Source of the DNA: an uncultured Candidatus Saccharibacteria bacterium | Lineage (GTDB): Bacteria > Patescibacteriota > Minisyncoccia > Phycocordibacterales > UBA2100 | Length of the DNA: 64,000 nt | Direction of reading: 5' to 3' | NCBI GenBank assembly: GCA_964362305.1 | Contig: CAYIDY010000001.1 | Span: forward strand, 1,526-65,525 | Shown: positions 19,644 to 28,727 of the stretch, piece after piece | Layout: the number at the start of each line of letters is the position of its first letter | Numbering within the stretch: the stretch's first letter is position 1 | Program-made: the position numbers and the translations under genes | The notes under the pieces: model-generated | Seen by the model: the letters and a program-made list of their open reading frames with translations, nothing else | Database searches by the model: none | Told to the model about the DNA's origin: nothing

Positions 19644-22258
19644 GCTTTCTTTGCCTTCTTAAGAACTCGTTTCAAATAATATCCCGTATGCGAGCCATCG
19701 GTCTTTGATACTTCTTCAGGCGTTCCTTTTGCGACGATTTTTCCGCCGCCACTCCCGCCTTCCGGTCCCATATCTATAAGATAATCCGCGCATTTCAACA
19801 CATCGAGATTGTGTTCAATAACGACGACGGTGTTTCCGCGTTCAACCAGTTTTTGCAAAATATCGATGAGTTTTGCAACGTCGTCATAGTGCAACCCGAC
19901 GGTCGGTTCGTCTAGAAGGTATATGGATTTGGTGATATGCGGACGATACAGTTCTGACGCGATTTTCACGCGCTGCGCTTCCCCGCCTGACAGTGTCGTC
20001 GCGCTCTGCCCTAGTTCTAAGTATCCAAGCCCGACGTCATCGAGTGTCTTCAGACGATCATGGACTGCGGGAATGTCTTCAAAAAATACCAAGCCTTCCT
20101 CTACTGTCATTTTGAGGACGTCATGAATGCTCTTCTTTTTAAACTTTACATCGAGCGTTTCTTTCATGAATCTTTTTCCGGCACAGACGTCGCACGTCAC
20201 GTATACCGTTGGCAAGAAATGCATTTCAACAGCGACCATGCCGTTCCCCTCGCAGCTTTCGCAGCGACCACCTTTGACGTTAAAACTGAAACGCCCCGGA
20301 CCCCATCCGCGTGCCTTTGACTCTTCACTCATCGCAAACATGTCGCGAATGTGTGTCCACGCGCCAGTGTACGTAGCAGGGTTTGAGCGTGGGGTGCGAC
20401 CAATCGGTGATTGATCAATGAGAATGGAGCGTCCGAGGTACTCTGTGCCAGAGAATTCGGACACATTGTAAATTTTTGCGGTTCTAAATCGTTTATCAAA
20501 TCGTGCCAAAAGGTTGCGATGCAAAATGTCGTACATAAACGTCGATTTGCCCGAACCGGATACACCAGTGATGCACACCAATTTCGACAATGGAATGTCT
20601 ACGTTTACTTTGTTTAAACTGTACTTTGAGGCTCCACGAATTTTTATTTTCCCACGGTCCGCAGTTCGGCGTTTCTCGGGAATTTCGATACGCGCCTCAT
20701 CGCGCAAGTATGCGAGTGTTCGTGAGCCGGACTTGTTCGTTTTTGCCATGAGGAGGTCCTCGAGCCATCCCGACGCGACAATATTGCCTCCATGCACTCC
20801 TGCTCCTGGCCCCAAATCGATTATGTAGTCTGCCGCGTAAATAGTGTCCTCGTCGTGCTCGACAACAAGTACGGTATTTCCCAGCTCGCGAAGGTGTTTC
20901 AACGTCTCTATCAACCGGTCATTGTCCTTTTGGTGCAATCCAATTGTCGGCTCGTCTAACACATAGAGCGCGCCCACGAGGCCGCTTCCCAACTGTGATG
21001 CGAGGCGAATTCTTTGGGCCTCGCCTCCTGAAAGTGTGTTCGCTCGTCGATCGAGCGTCAGATACTCAATCCCGACATCAAGCATGAACTGGAGTCTCGA
21101 AACGATTTCTTTGATAATCACTTTCGAGATTTCTTTTTCGGTATCGGTCATATCCAAATTATCGAAGAACTCCCGAGCTGCAGCGATTGAGAGTGATGTT
21201 ACTTCGACCACATTGTTGCGCTTTTTCCCGCCCTTCTGCTTAAGAAAAACATTCAGTGCCTCTGGGCGCAGGCGTGCACCACTACATGCGTCACATACCT
21301 CGTCGCCGAACAGATACTTCGTGCCAAGTCCGTTACAGGTCGGGCACGCACCATACGGTGAGTTAAACGAGAAGAGTCGCGGCTCGACCTCGGGAAATGA
21401 AAATCCATCATACGCGCACATAAATTTTGCCGACACAATACGCGACTCGCCTTTTGGGTCAACAATCCTAACCAGTCCATCAGCTTCATGAAGAGCACGT
21501 TCAATTGCTTCAGAAGCCCGCTCGCGCGTTCCTTTTGGATCGTCCGAAAACTCGCTGACAAAGATTTCATCGACGATAACATCAATATCGTGTTTGAAGT
21601 GCTTTTTGAGTTCGATGCGCTCTCGCAGCGACTTTTCTTCACCGTCGACAATCACTTTTTCAAACCCTTTGTTCAACATGTCGTAGAGCAGCTGGTAGTA
21701 CTCACCTTTCCGCCCTACAACCACCGGCGCCGTAATGCGTACTTTTTCTTTCGAAACACTTGCTGTAAGTTTGCCCTCGCCTTTTTTGGGTTTGCCATAC
21801 CCTTCGACTGTCTGAAGTACGGTGTTCAAAATTTCCTCGTTCGAAAGTTTGCGCACCTCGCGGTCACAGGTGGGACAGTGCGGATGTCCAACGCGTGAAT
21901 ACAGCACGCGCAGGTAATCATAAATTTCCGTGATAGTTGCAACTGTAGAGCGCGGGTTGTTGGAGCGACTTTTTTGATCGATTGAAATAGCTGGTGATAG
22001 GCCCGAAATCTCATCAACGTCGGGTTTTTGCATTTGTCGCAAAAATTGTCGCGCGTAGGCAGACAGTGACTCGACGTACTTTCGCTGCCCTTCTGCGAAA
22101 ATCGTGTCGAACGCGAGGGATGACTTGCCACTTCCGGAAAGACCCGTAAACACAATCATTTTCCCGCGCGGCATCTCAACCGAGACGTTCTTGAGATTGT
22201 GCGTGCGGGCACCTTTTACGATGATTTTTCCTTCATTGAAGTCTTTTGATTGAGCCAT
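19640..22258 (-). CDS. uvrA: excinuclease ABC subunit A
   Basis: Two ABC ATPase modules (GLSGSGKSS ... GVSGSGKST), zinc-finger Cys clusters and LSGGEAQR signature motifs. 872 aa. Confidence 0.95.
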   Translation of the reverse strand: MAQSKDFNEGKIIVKGARTHNLKNVSVEMPRGKMIVFTGLSGSGKSSLAFDTIFAEGQRKYVESLSAYARQFLRQMQKPDVDEISGLSPAISIDQKSRSNNPRSTVATITEIYDYLRVLYSRVGHPHCPTCDREVRKLSNEEILNTVLQTVEGYGKPKKGEGKLTASVSKEKVRITAPVVVGRKGEYYQLLYDMLNKGFEKVIVDGEEKSLRERIELKKHFKHDIDVIVDEIFVSEFSDDPKGTRERASEAIERALHEADGLVRIVDPKGESRIVSAKFMCAYDGFSFPEVEPRLFSFNSPYGACPTCNGLGTKYLFGDEVCDACSGARLRPEALNVFLKQKGGKKRNNVVEVTSLSIAAAREFFDNLDMTDTEKEISKVIIKEIVSRLQFMLDVGIEYLTLDRRANTLSGGEAQRIRLASQLGSGLVGALYVLDEPTIGLHQKDNDRLIETLKHLRELGNTVLVVEHDEDTIYAADYIIDLGPGAGVHGGNIVASGWLEDLLMAKTNKSGSRTLAYLRDEARIEIPEKRRTADRGKIKIRGASKYSLNKVNVDIPLSKLVCITGVSGSGKSTFMYDILHRNLLARFDKRFRTAKIYNVSEFSGTEYLGRSILIDQSPIGRTPRSNPATYTGAWTHIRDMFAMSEESKARGWGPGRFSFNVKGGRCESCEGNGMVAVEMHFLPTVYVTCDVCAGKRFMKETLDVKFKKKSIHDVLKMTVEEGLVFFEDIPAVHDRLKTLDDVGLGYLELGQSATTLSGGEAQRVKIASELYRPHITKSIYLLDEPTVGLHYDDVAKLIDILQKLVERGNTVVVIEHNLDVLKCADYLIDMGPEGGSGGGKIVAKGTPEEVSKTDGSHTGYYLKRVLKKAKKA

Positions 22259-22551
22259 ATGGGTTCGCCCCCCGCTTTACGCTAAGGGGTAGGTGGCGCG
22301 AGTATACCACAGACGGTATGATTACTCACATGGTTGAGGGACTGCCCGTACTATGGATTTGGGAGTGGGAGCTACAGACACAGCTCTGGTTTCTGGGCGG
22401 CGTAGTCGTCTACTTTATTCCGGCAATCGTCGCCTTTATTTTACGACGCAAGGATTGGCCGGGAATGCTTTTGTTCAATCTGCTCATCGGCTGGACAGTG
22501 ATGGGTTGGTTTCTTGTATTAAATTGGGTTGTTGGGAACTCGTCTTCGTAG
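22246..22551 (+). CDS. superinfection-immunity-like small membrane protein (Imm_superinfect / PF14373-like)
   Basis: YFIPAIVAFILRRKDWPGMLLFNLLIGWTVMGWFLVLNWVV matches the family hallmark (YF.P.I.A..R.K......LNL.LGWT..GW..AL.W). The likely start is ATG 22318. Confidence 0.5.
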   Translation: MIEPYGFAPRFTLRGRWREYTTDGMITHMVEGLPVLWIWEWELQTQLWFLGGVVVYFIPAIVAFILRRKDWPGMLLFNLLIGWTVMGWFLVLNWVVGNSSS

Positions 22552-22554
22552 TGC

Positions 22555-23484
22555 TCAAAAAATAACAGCTTCTTCTGAAAGCTCGATTCCAAACTCCCGG
22601 CGAACAGCTTGTTTAATGTTCTCCGCAAGCTCTTTCACGTCGCGTGCTGTAGCGTTGCCCGCATTCATCAAATAATTTGGATGTTGCTCGCTGGCCATCG
22701 CGTCTCCGACGCGAGCCCCTTTCATGCCTGCTTTTTCGATGAGCCAGCCTGCTGGCACCCTCCCTTCGCGCGATTGAACACCTTTTTCCTTCTCAAACAT
22801 TTCGCGCACAGCGCTCGGCGCTACCGGATTCATGAAGTACGAGCCTGCAGCCCGTACATTTTGGATGTGTCGACGTTCTCGCTCCCTGATGGTTTCTTCT
22901 ATTGACGCCACCGCTTTTTCATTTTCTACGCGTGCAAGTCTCACTTGCACAAAGGTGATGACCCACTCAGGATTCTTTTTGAAAAAACTGTTGCGATAGG
23001 CAAACTCACATTCGTTCATTTGAAACTCGCGCACTTCGAAGGTGTGTATATTGAGCGCCTTTGCATACAAGAGCACATCTTTAATTTCAGTTCCAAAAGC
23101 ACCGGCATTGCCGCGCACCGCGCCGCCAATCGTGCCTGGAATGCCGGCCAGTTTTTCCCATCCACCTATTCCAAGTACTGCAGTTTTTTTAATGAGTTCA
23201 AGCAAGTTGCACCCGCTTTCTGCCTCTAGGTCGTTGCCCGACACGCTCCATTTATTCATGGCAACGTCAATGACAAGTGCCTCAAGAGTATTATCCGGAA
23301 TCAATACATTGCTTCCGCCAGCCAATATGACATGAGGCACTCCTTTGGAGCGTGCCCAAAGGAGTGCCTCACGAAGTTCGCCTTCATTTTTAATTTCGAC
23401 AAAATACCGTGCATCACCACCAATCTCAAAAGTGGTGCGTGGGGCAAGTGGAATTTTTTCTTGAATGTTTAACATGGTTGACAA
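22555..23484 (-). CDS. murB: UDP-N-acetylenolpyruvoylglucosamine reductase
   Basis: FAD-binding PCMH domain (LAPRTTFEIGG, ILAGGSNVL) and MurB C-terminal motifs (GWLIEKAGMKG, RDV). Confidence 0.9.
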   Translation of the reverse strand: MSTMLNIQEKIPLAPRTTFEIGGDARYFVEIKNEGELREALLWARSKGVPHVILAGGSNVLIPDNTLEALVIDVAMNKWSVSGNDLEAESGCNLLELIKKTAVLGIGGWEKLAGIPGTIGGAVRGNAGAFGTEIKDVLLYAKALNIHTFEVREFQMNECEFAYRNSFFKKNPEWVITFVQVRLARVENEKAVASIEETIRERERRHIQNVRAAGSYFMNPVAPSAVREMFEKEKGVQSREGRVPAGWLIEKAGMKGARVGDAMASEQHPNYLMNAGNATARDVKELAENIKQAVRREFGIELSEEAVIF

Positions 23485-23755
23485 ATCCCTTCCTCATGGC
23501 ATCATGCGATGCGGACTCTGGTTGGGGGCAGGTATGTATCTTCGCATATTCGCGCTTGTACTGCATTTCTACCCTCAACCAGAGGAGAGTCAGATGACAG
23601 TAGATCTGATAGCAAATCTCGCTATCGTTGCGTCAGTCATTGCAGCATGTTTCTCAGTGGCAGGATTATTAAAAGGAGATCTCTTCGGAGCATTGCTTTT
23701 GATTACATCCGCCTACGGGTTCGTCAGTTTGGCTGAAGCGATTTGCACGGTATAG
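23465..23755 (+). CDS. possible small membrane protein (start likely internal at MTVDL...)
   Basis: The C-terminal 53 aa form two hydrophobic helices (LIANLAIVASVIAACFSVAGLL...ALLLITSAYGFVSLA). It overlaps the murB start. Confidence 0.25.
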   Translation: MFNMVDKSLPHGIMRCGLWLGAGMYLRIFALVLHFYPQPEESQMTVDLIANLAIVASVIAACFSVAGLLKGDLFGALLLITSAYGFVSLAEAICTV

Positions 23756-23826
23756 CGGTTGGGGCCGGCATCCGAAAGGAGGTAACGCCGGCTCTCCTCA
23801 TTTCTCACTTTCCACCATACGCAATC

Positions 23827-23847
23827 ATGCAAGGCTAAGCCTTGCAT
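23827..23847. repeat. palindromic element copy 1 (ATGCAAGGCT-A-AGCCTTGCAT)
   Basis: Perfect 10-bp inverted repeat with a 1-nt spacer, followed by TAGGGCTTGGTGGCG. It lies between the uvrB stop and the upstream region of small ORF 23465..23755 and murB. Confidence 0.6.
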
Positions 23848-23885
23848 TAGGGCTTGGTGGCGAATCGATTTAAGTCGTATTTTTG

Positions 23886-25982
23886 CTATTTGCGGGATTT
23901 TCGCCCTTTGAGCGGGACTGTGCTACTCAGTATCTTCTCGTCTTTATTCGCCTTCTTTGGTCTGTCACTTTTGTCGGCCTTCTCTTCCTCAAGTTTTCGA
24001 ATCTCATCGCGCAAAAGTGCTGCGGTTTCAAAATCCAATCGGTCAGCTGCCTCATGCATCTGTCTTCGTTTCTCTTTCAGAAGCTTTGCGATGTCTCCAC
24101 CAAACGCGGCGCGGTCCAAACTGGTAAGTTCTTGAATCGCTCGGTTTCTCGCTCGTTGGATGTCGCCGACAATGTCGTGAATACGCTTCTTAACAGTCGT
24201 CGGAGTAATTCCATGCTTCGTGTTATAAGCAACTTGCTTCTCGCGACGACGATTTGTTTCCCCTATTGCGCGCTCCATCGAGCCCGTCATACCATCCGCA
24301 TACAGAATCACACGACCATTCACATTTCGCGCAGCGCGCCCAATGGTTTGAATCAGCGAGGTCTGACTGCGTAGGAACCCTTCTTTGTCTGCATCAAGAA
24401 TTCCTACGAGCTCTACTTCAGGTAAGTCCAATCCTTCTCGGAGCAAGTTAACGCCCACTAACACATCAAATGTTCCTTTACGGAAATCAGTAAGAATTTC
24501 AATTCGCTCGATAGTTTTGATATCGCTATGTATGTACCGAGCTTTAATACCCTTCTCAATCAAAAACTGCGCTAAGTCTTCCGCCATCTTTTTTGTGAGA
24601 ACGGTCACCATTGAGCGAGCGTCTTTCTTCGTGACAATCTCCGCTTCACGTATGAAGTCTTTGACTTGTCCGACATACTCATCTTTCGCCACTATTGGCC
24701 GTACTATGATTTCAGGGTCAATAAGTCCCGTCGGACGAATAATCATTTCTACTGGCTTTCCACCCTTCACTAGCTCGTATTCCGCTGGTGTCGCACTGGT
24801 ATAAATCGTCTGTCCAGTATTCTGAACAAATTCCTCAAATTTTAAAGGACGGTTGTCCACGCAGCTGGGAAGACGAAAACCGTGTTCGGTCAGTGTCAGT
24901 TTGCGTGAGCGGTCTCCCGAATACATTGCGCCAATCTGCGACACGGTCACGTGCGATTCATCGATAATGGTGAGGAAATCTGGCGTGCCGTCCGGCTTGT
25001 GCGGAAAATAGCTGAGAAGCGTGTACGGCGGCTCTCCCGGCGCGCGTCGGTCAAAGTGGCGCGAGTAGTTTTCAATTCCGTTGCAGTAGCCAAATTCGCG
25101 AATCATCGAAATATCCTGGCGCGTGCGCCGCTTGAGGCGCTCGTGCTCCAATATCTTCCCTTCTGCCTGGAGCTCCTTCAATCTCTCTGCCAATTCTGCT
25201 TCCATATCGGCGAGCGCAGCGTCGGTGACGTCTTGTGGCGTCACGTAATGGCGTGCAGGAAAGATGAAGACACCATGTTCTTCTTTTTTAATAACGCGCG
25301 TAATCGGATCCATTTCCTCTATTTTGCTTATTGCACCACCGCCAAGATGAATGCGATACACAATACGCTCGTTTGCCGGCATGACTTCCACGCGCTCGCC
25401 AAGAGCGCGAAAGGTTCCGGGCGACAAATCGCCGGGCGTTCGTTCAAAATGCATGGCGACCAATTTTCGTGTGAGGGATGCGCGCGTCATCGTTTCCCCA
25501 ACATTCAATTTAAGATTCACTTTTTCGTATTCTATCGGCGAGCCCAAGCCGTAAATACAAGACACTGATGCGACAATGATGACGTCGTCGCGGGTAAGAA
25601 GCGCCTGCGTCGCGGCGTGACGCAACCGCTCGATATCCTCGTTAATCATGGCCTCTTTCTCGATGTACGTGTCGGAAACCGGCACGTACGCTTCCGGTTG
25701 GTAGTAGTCGTAATACGAGACGAAATAATGCACAGCGTTGTTCGGGAAAAATTCGCGATATTCCGCCGCCAATTGAGCGGCGAGTGTTTTGTTGTGCGCT
25801 ATGACGAGTGTTGGCTTCCCCCATTCGTGAATGATATTTGCCATGGTGTACGTCTTGCCGGAGCCGGTGACACCAAGAAGTGTCTGGTCGCGTTTGCCTT
25901 CCCGCAAGCCATCCATAAGTGCAGTAATGGCGTGTGGCTGGTCTCCGGAAGGTGTGTACGCGCTTTCTAGTTGGAATGACAT
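23886..25982 (-). CDS. uvrB: excinuclease ABC subunit B
   Basis: Helicase motifs (GVTGSGKT, DESH), a beta-hairpin region and a C-terminal UVR domain (FETAALLRDEIRKLE). Confidence 0.95.
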   Translation of the reverse strand: MSFQLESAYTPSGDQPHAITALMDGLREGKRDQTLLGVTGSGKTYTMANIIHEWGKPTLVIAHNKTLAAQLAAEYREFFPNNAVHYFVSYYDYYQPEAYVPVSDTYIEKEAMINEDIERLRHAATQALLTRDDVIIVASVSCIYGLGSPIEYEKVNLKLNVGETMTRASLTRKLVAMHFERTPGDLSPGTFRALGERVEVMPANERIVYRIHLGGGAISKIEEMDPITRVIKKEEHGVFIFPARHYVTPQDVTDAALADMEAELAERLKELQAEGKILEHERLKRRTRQDISMIREFGYCNGIENYSRHFDRRAPGEPPYTLLSYFPHKPDGTPDFLTIIDESHVTVSQIGAMYSGDRSRKLTLTEHGFRLPSCVDNRPLKFEEFVQNTGQTIYTSATPAEYELVKGGKPVEMIIRPTGLIDPEIIVRPIVAKDEYVGQVKDFIREAEIVTKKDARSMVTVLTKKMAEDLAQFLIEKGIKARYIHSDIKTIERIEILTDFRKGTFDVLVGVNLLREGLDLPEVELVGILDADKEGFLRSQTSLIQTIGRAARNVNGRVILYADGMTGSMERAIGETNRRREKQVAYNTKHGITPTTVKKRIHDIVGDIQRARNRAIQELTSLDRAAFGGDIAKLLKEKRRQMHEAADRLDFETAALLRDEIRKLEEEKADKSDRPKKANKDEKILSSTVPLKGRKSRK

Positions 25983-26056
25983 CGCATGAGTGTGCCGTAT
26001 CTACGCGAACTCCGCAATCACGTTGCGTAATAAACTATGTATGTAACTATAGTGAC

Positions 26057-26332
26057 ATGAATAAAGAAAGGTACTCGTTCCCGGAACCCGAAGGTGTGGA
26101 GCATCACCGAATGATGCCTGGAGAATCAATTACTCCGTATGAGAAGCAAGAGCGTGATAAGTCTGCGAAGCATGCAGACACACTTGTAAAAAAAGCCGAT
26201 GAGTCTGCCCTGAAGAATGGACGTGCACTCAATGAGGAAGAGAAGAAAGCCATTTGGCAGGAGGCATTTCTGAAAGCCGAAAAAGCGCGTCTCGTCAGAG
26301 AAAAAAAGCCCGACACGAGTCGTGACTATTAG
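26057..26332 (+). CDS. hypothetical small charged protein
   Basis: 91 aa, Lys/Glu-rich, no domain recognised. Starts at ATG 26057 inside track ORF 25934..26332. Confidence 0.3.
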   Translation: MNKERYSFPEPEGVEHHRMMPGESITPYEKQERDKSAKHADTLVKKADESALKNGRALNEEEKKAIWQEAFLKAEKARLVREKKPDTSRDY

Positions 26333-26338
26333 CGCTGA

Positions 26339-27613
26339 TTACGCAAGGGTGAGTACACTCACGGTGCGCTTCCCTCGCTTAAGAAGCGCTACAGAAGCAC
26401 TCTCAAAATCTTCTTTCATGACCAGGCGATTTGTATCTGACACCTTCGCTCCGTTCAAGGTAATTGCCCCATCTTCGGTAAATTGACGCGCTTCGCGTTT
26501 CGATGATGCAAGATTCGCGCGAACTAGAACATCTGCCAACAATTCCCCTAGTTTTACCTCGCAGGACGGAGCCTCTTGTTTCAAAAGTTCAATGTCTTTT
26601 TTAGTTAGATTTTCAACCGCGTTCACATCACCAACAAAAAGAACCGATGATATTTTGCCTACAGCTACCGCTGTTTCCGTACCATGAACGAGCTCTGTAA
26701 CGCTATGAGCAAGTGCTCTTTGCGCATTGCGACGTTCGGGATGCTCTCGATGATCATTTAACCATCTCTCGATTTCGGATTTCGGAAGCAATGTCATCTT
26801 GAACAAGAGCTCCTCAACCATCTCGTCGTCGACATTAAGCCAAAATTGATAGAACTGAAACGGCGACGTCTTTTTTGCATCAAGCCACACCGCATTTCCT
26901 TCCGATTTTCCAAATTTCTTGCCGGCTTTATCCACAAGCAGTGGCCACGACAGCGCGTACGCTTTGTTTCCCATCTTGCGTCGAATAAGCTCTACTCCTG
27001 AAATAATATTTCCCCACTGGTCGGAGCCGCCGACTTGTAAGTCGCATCCATAACGCTTGTTCAATTCAAGGAAGTCGTATGCCTGCAGGAGCATGTATGA
27101 GAATTCGGTGTACGAGATACTTTGGTCGGGCGTCTCGAGGCGTGGACGAACGGTGTCGCGTTTTATCATTTCATTGACGGTGAAATGCTTGCCGATATCG
27201 CGCAAAAACTCCATGTAGTTAATCTTATGAAGCCATTCAGCATTGTTAACCATTTCAAACTCGACGCCGCCGAGAAGCTGTGAAAATTGTGCGCGCAGCG
27301 CCATTGCATTTGCAGCGACGGTTTCTTCTGAGAGTAGGTTGCGCTCAGCGCTTTTGCCGCCAGGGTCTCCTACCATTCCCGTTCCTCCTCCAACGATAAC
27401 TATAAGCATATGCCCGGCATCGACGAATCGGCGAAGGACGAGCATGCCCATCAATTGGCCGGCGTGCATAGAATCTGCCGTAGGGTCAACACCTAAATAG
27501 AGCGTACGCTTCTCGCCATCTACTATCTCCTCCAAGCTCTCTGCCGAGAACTGATACACGTACCCCCGTTCCTTTAGTACCTCTGACAGCTTCATGGCGG
27601 AAATATAGCACAA
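26339..27613 (-). CDS. tyrS: tyrosine--tRNA ligase
   Basis: Class I HIGH-like region (DPTADSMHAGQL), KMSKS-like KFGKS, and a C-terminal S4 domain. The likely start is MKLSEV at 27595. Confidence 0.9.
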   Translation of the reverse strand: MCYISAMKLSEVLKERGYVYQFSAESLEEIVDGEKRTLYLGVDPTADSMHAGQLMGMLVLRRFVDAGHMLIVIVGGGTGMVGDPGGKSAERNLLSEETVAANAMALRAQFSQLLGGVEFEMVNNAEWLHKINYMEFLRDIGKHFTVNEMIKRDTVRPRLETPDQSISYTEFSYMLLQAYDFLELNKRYGCDLQVGGSDQWGNIISGVELIRRKMGNKAYALSWPLLVDKAGKKFGKSEGNAVWLDAKKTSPFQFYQFWLNVDDEMVEELLFKMTLLPKSEIERWLNDHREHPERRNAQRALAHSVTELVHGTETAVAVGKISSVLFVGDVNAVENLTKKDIELLKQEAPSCEVKLGELLADVLVRANLASSKREARQFTEDGAITLNGAKVSDTNRLVMKEDFESASVALLKRGKRTVSVLTLA

Positions 27614-27650
27614 AAAAGTGGCGCTCGACCTACAGAAGGGAGCGCCAAGT
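27610..27650 (-). terminator. rho-independent terminator after gene 27728..28177
   Basis: TGGCGCTC (27619-26) pairs with GAGCGCCA (27640-47). On the minus strand the stem is followed by CTTTTTTGTG. Confidence 0.55.
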
Positions 27651-27727
27651 GTGCCTCAGGAACGGAGGGGTATCCTGAGGGTGTCGGTAGACTATTCCGA
27701 ATGTAGAAATAGACAATATGGACACGG

Positions 27728-28177
27728 CTAACTATCTGTGTCGCGTAGGTGTTCTCGAAATCGGACCTCGTCCTCATCCATCCCGAAATGGTGCGCGTAT
27801 TCATGCCAAATAGTCTCGGCAACGACCTCTCGTACATCTTTACCATCTTCTTCCGCGGCTTCTAAAATTGGCTTTATATACAGCGTAATAGTGTCCGGCA
27901 TTGTTACGCCAACACCATACATTTCCCCTCTTTCTGAAAGTGGAATTCCTTGATAGTAACCGAGCAGTGTCTCATCCACGCCCAAATTTTCACGCTTTCG
28001 AACCTCCTCAGTCGGCTCGTCTTCAACTAAAAGTGCAACGTTCTTAATCTTCGCTTGCACCCACTCGGGCAGGCGCGAATACCCTTCCTCTGCCAGTTTC
28101 TCAAATTCTTCGCGAGTCATTTGGCGATTATGCTTCAAGATTAACCAATTGCGCAAATCGCTTCCGTACCTTCTCAA
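27728..28177 (-). CDS. zincin-like metallopeptidase-family protein (DUF1025-like)
   Basis: HExxH-type motif IWHEYAHHFG near the C-terminus and an acidic N-region. The likely start is MTREEF at 28117, which leaves an 11-nt gap to msrA. Confidence 0.6.
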   Translation of the reverse strand: MRRYGSDLRNWLILKHNRQMTREEFEKLAEEGYSRLPEWVQAKIKNVALLVEDEPTEEVRKRENLGVDETLLGYYQGIPLSERGEMYGVGVTMPDTITLYIKPILEAAEEDGKDVREVVAETIWHEYAHHFGMDEDEVRFREHLRDTDS

Positions 28178-28667
28178 TCTTTGGCTCGATAATTACTTGG
28201 CAATACGGTGCCGATGTATTGCTTTTGAAGTAATCCTGGTGGTAACTTTCGGCCGCGTAAAACGCCTCAAACGGAACGAGTTGTGTAACGACGCGCGTGC
28301 CATCTTTCAGTGATTCATTTACTTCGTGAATGATTTTCTCGGCGACTCGTTTTTCGTCCTCGTTGTTGTAAAATATGACGGAGCGATATTGCTCGCCAAC
28401 GTCGGCGCCTTGCCTATTGGGCGTCGTTGGATCATGGGAGCCGAAAAATACCGTCAGCAGATCTTCGTAAGAAATTTGTGCGGGGTCATAAGTAACACGA
28501 ATCACCTCGGCATGCCCTGTCGCCCCACCCGAGACTTGCTCATACGAAGGATTTTCTTTAGCGCCGCCGGCGTATCCTGACTCGACATTTGAAACGCCGC
28601 GCAACATACGAAAAACCGCCTCCGTACACCAAAAACATCCACCACCAAATACCACCTGCTTGTTCAT
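28128..28667 (-). CDS. msrA: peptide-methionine (S)-S-oxide reductase
   Basis: Catalytic GCFWC motif (FGGGCFWCTEAVF). Confidence 0.9.
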   Translation of the reverse strand: MNKQVVFGGGCFWCTEAVFRMLRGVSNVESGYAGGAKENPSYEQVSGGATGHAEVIRVTYDPAQISYEDLLTVFFGSHDPTTPNRQGADVGEQYRSVIFYNNEDEKRVAEKIIHEVNESLKDGTRVVTQLVPFEAFYAAESYHQDYFKSNTSAPYCQVIIEPKIEKVRKRFAQLVNLEA

Positions 28668-28727
28668 AAAGAAAAGTATATACCCATATCGCTAATTCTC
28701 TATACAACGACATGATAAACTTTATTC

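Noticed and set aside
19640-22330. Looked for a LexA/SOS box upstream of uvrA (and uvrB)
   Set aside because: No CTGT-N8-ACAG, GAAC-N4-GTTC or other convincing dyad was found. Only a -10-like TGgTATACT was seen, so no SOS-regulation claim is made.
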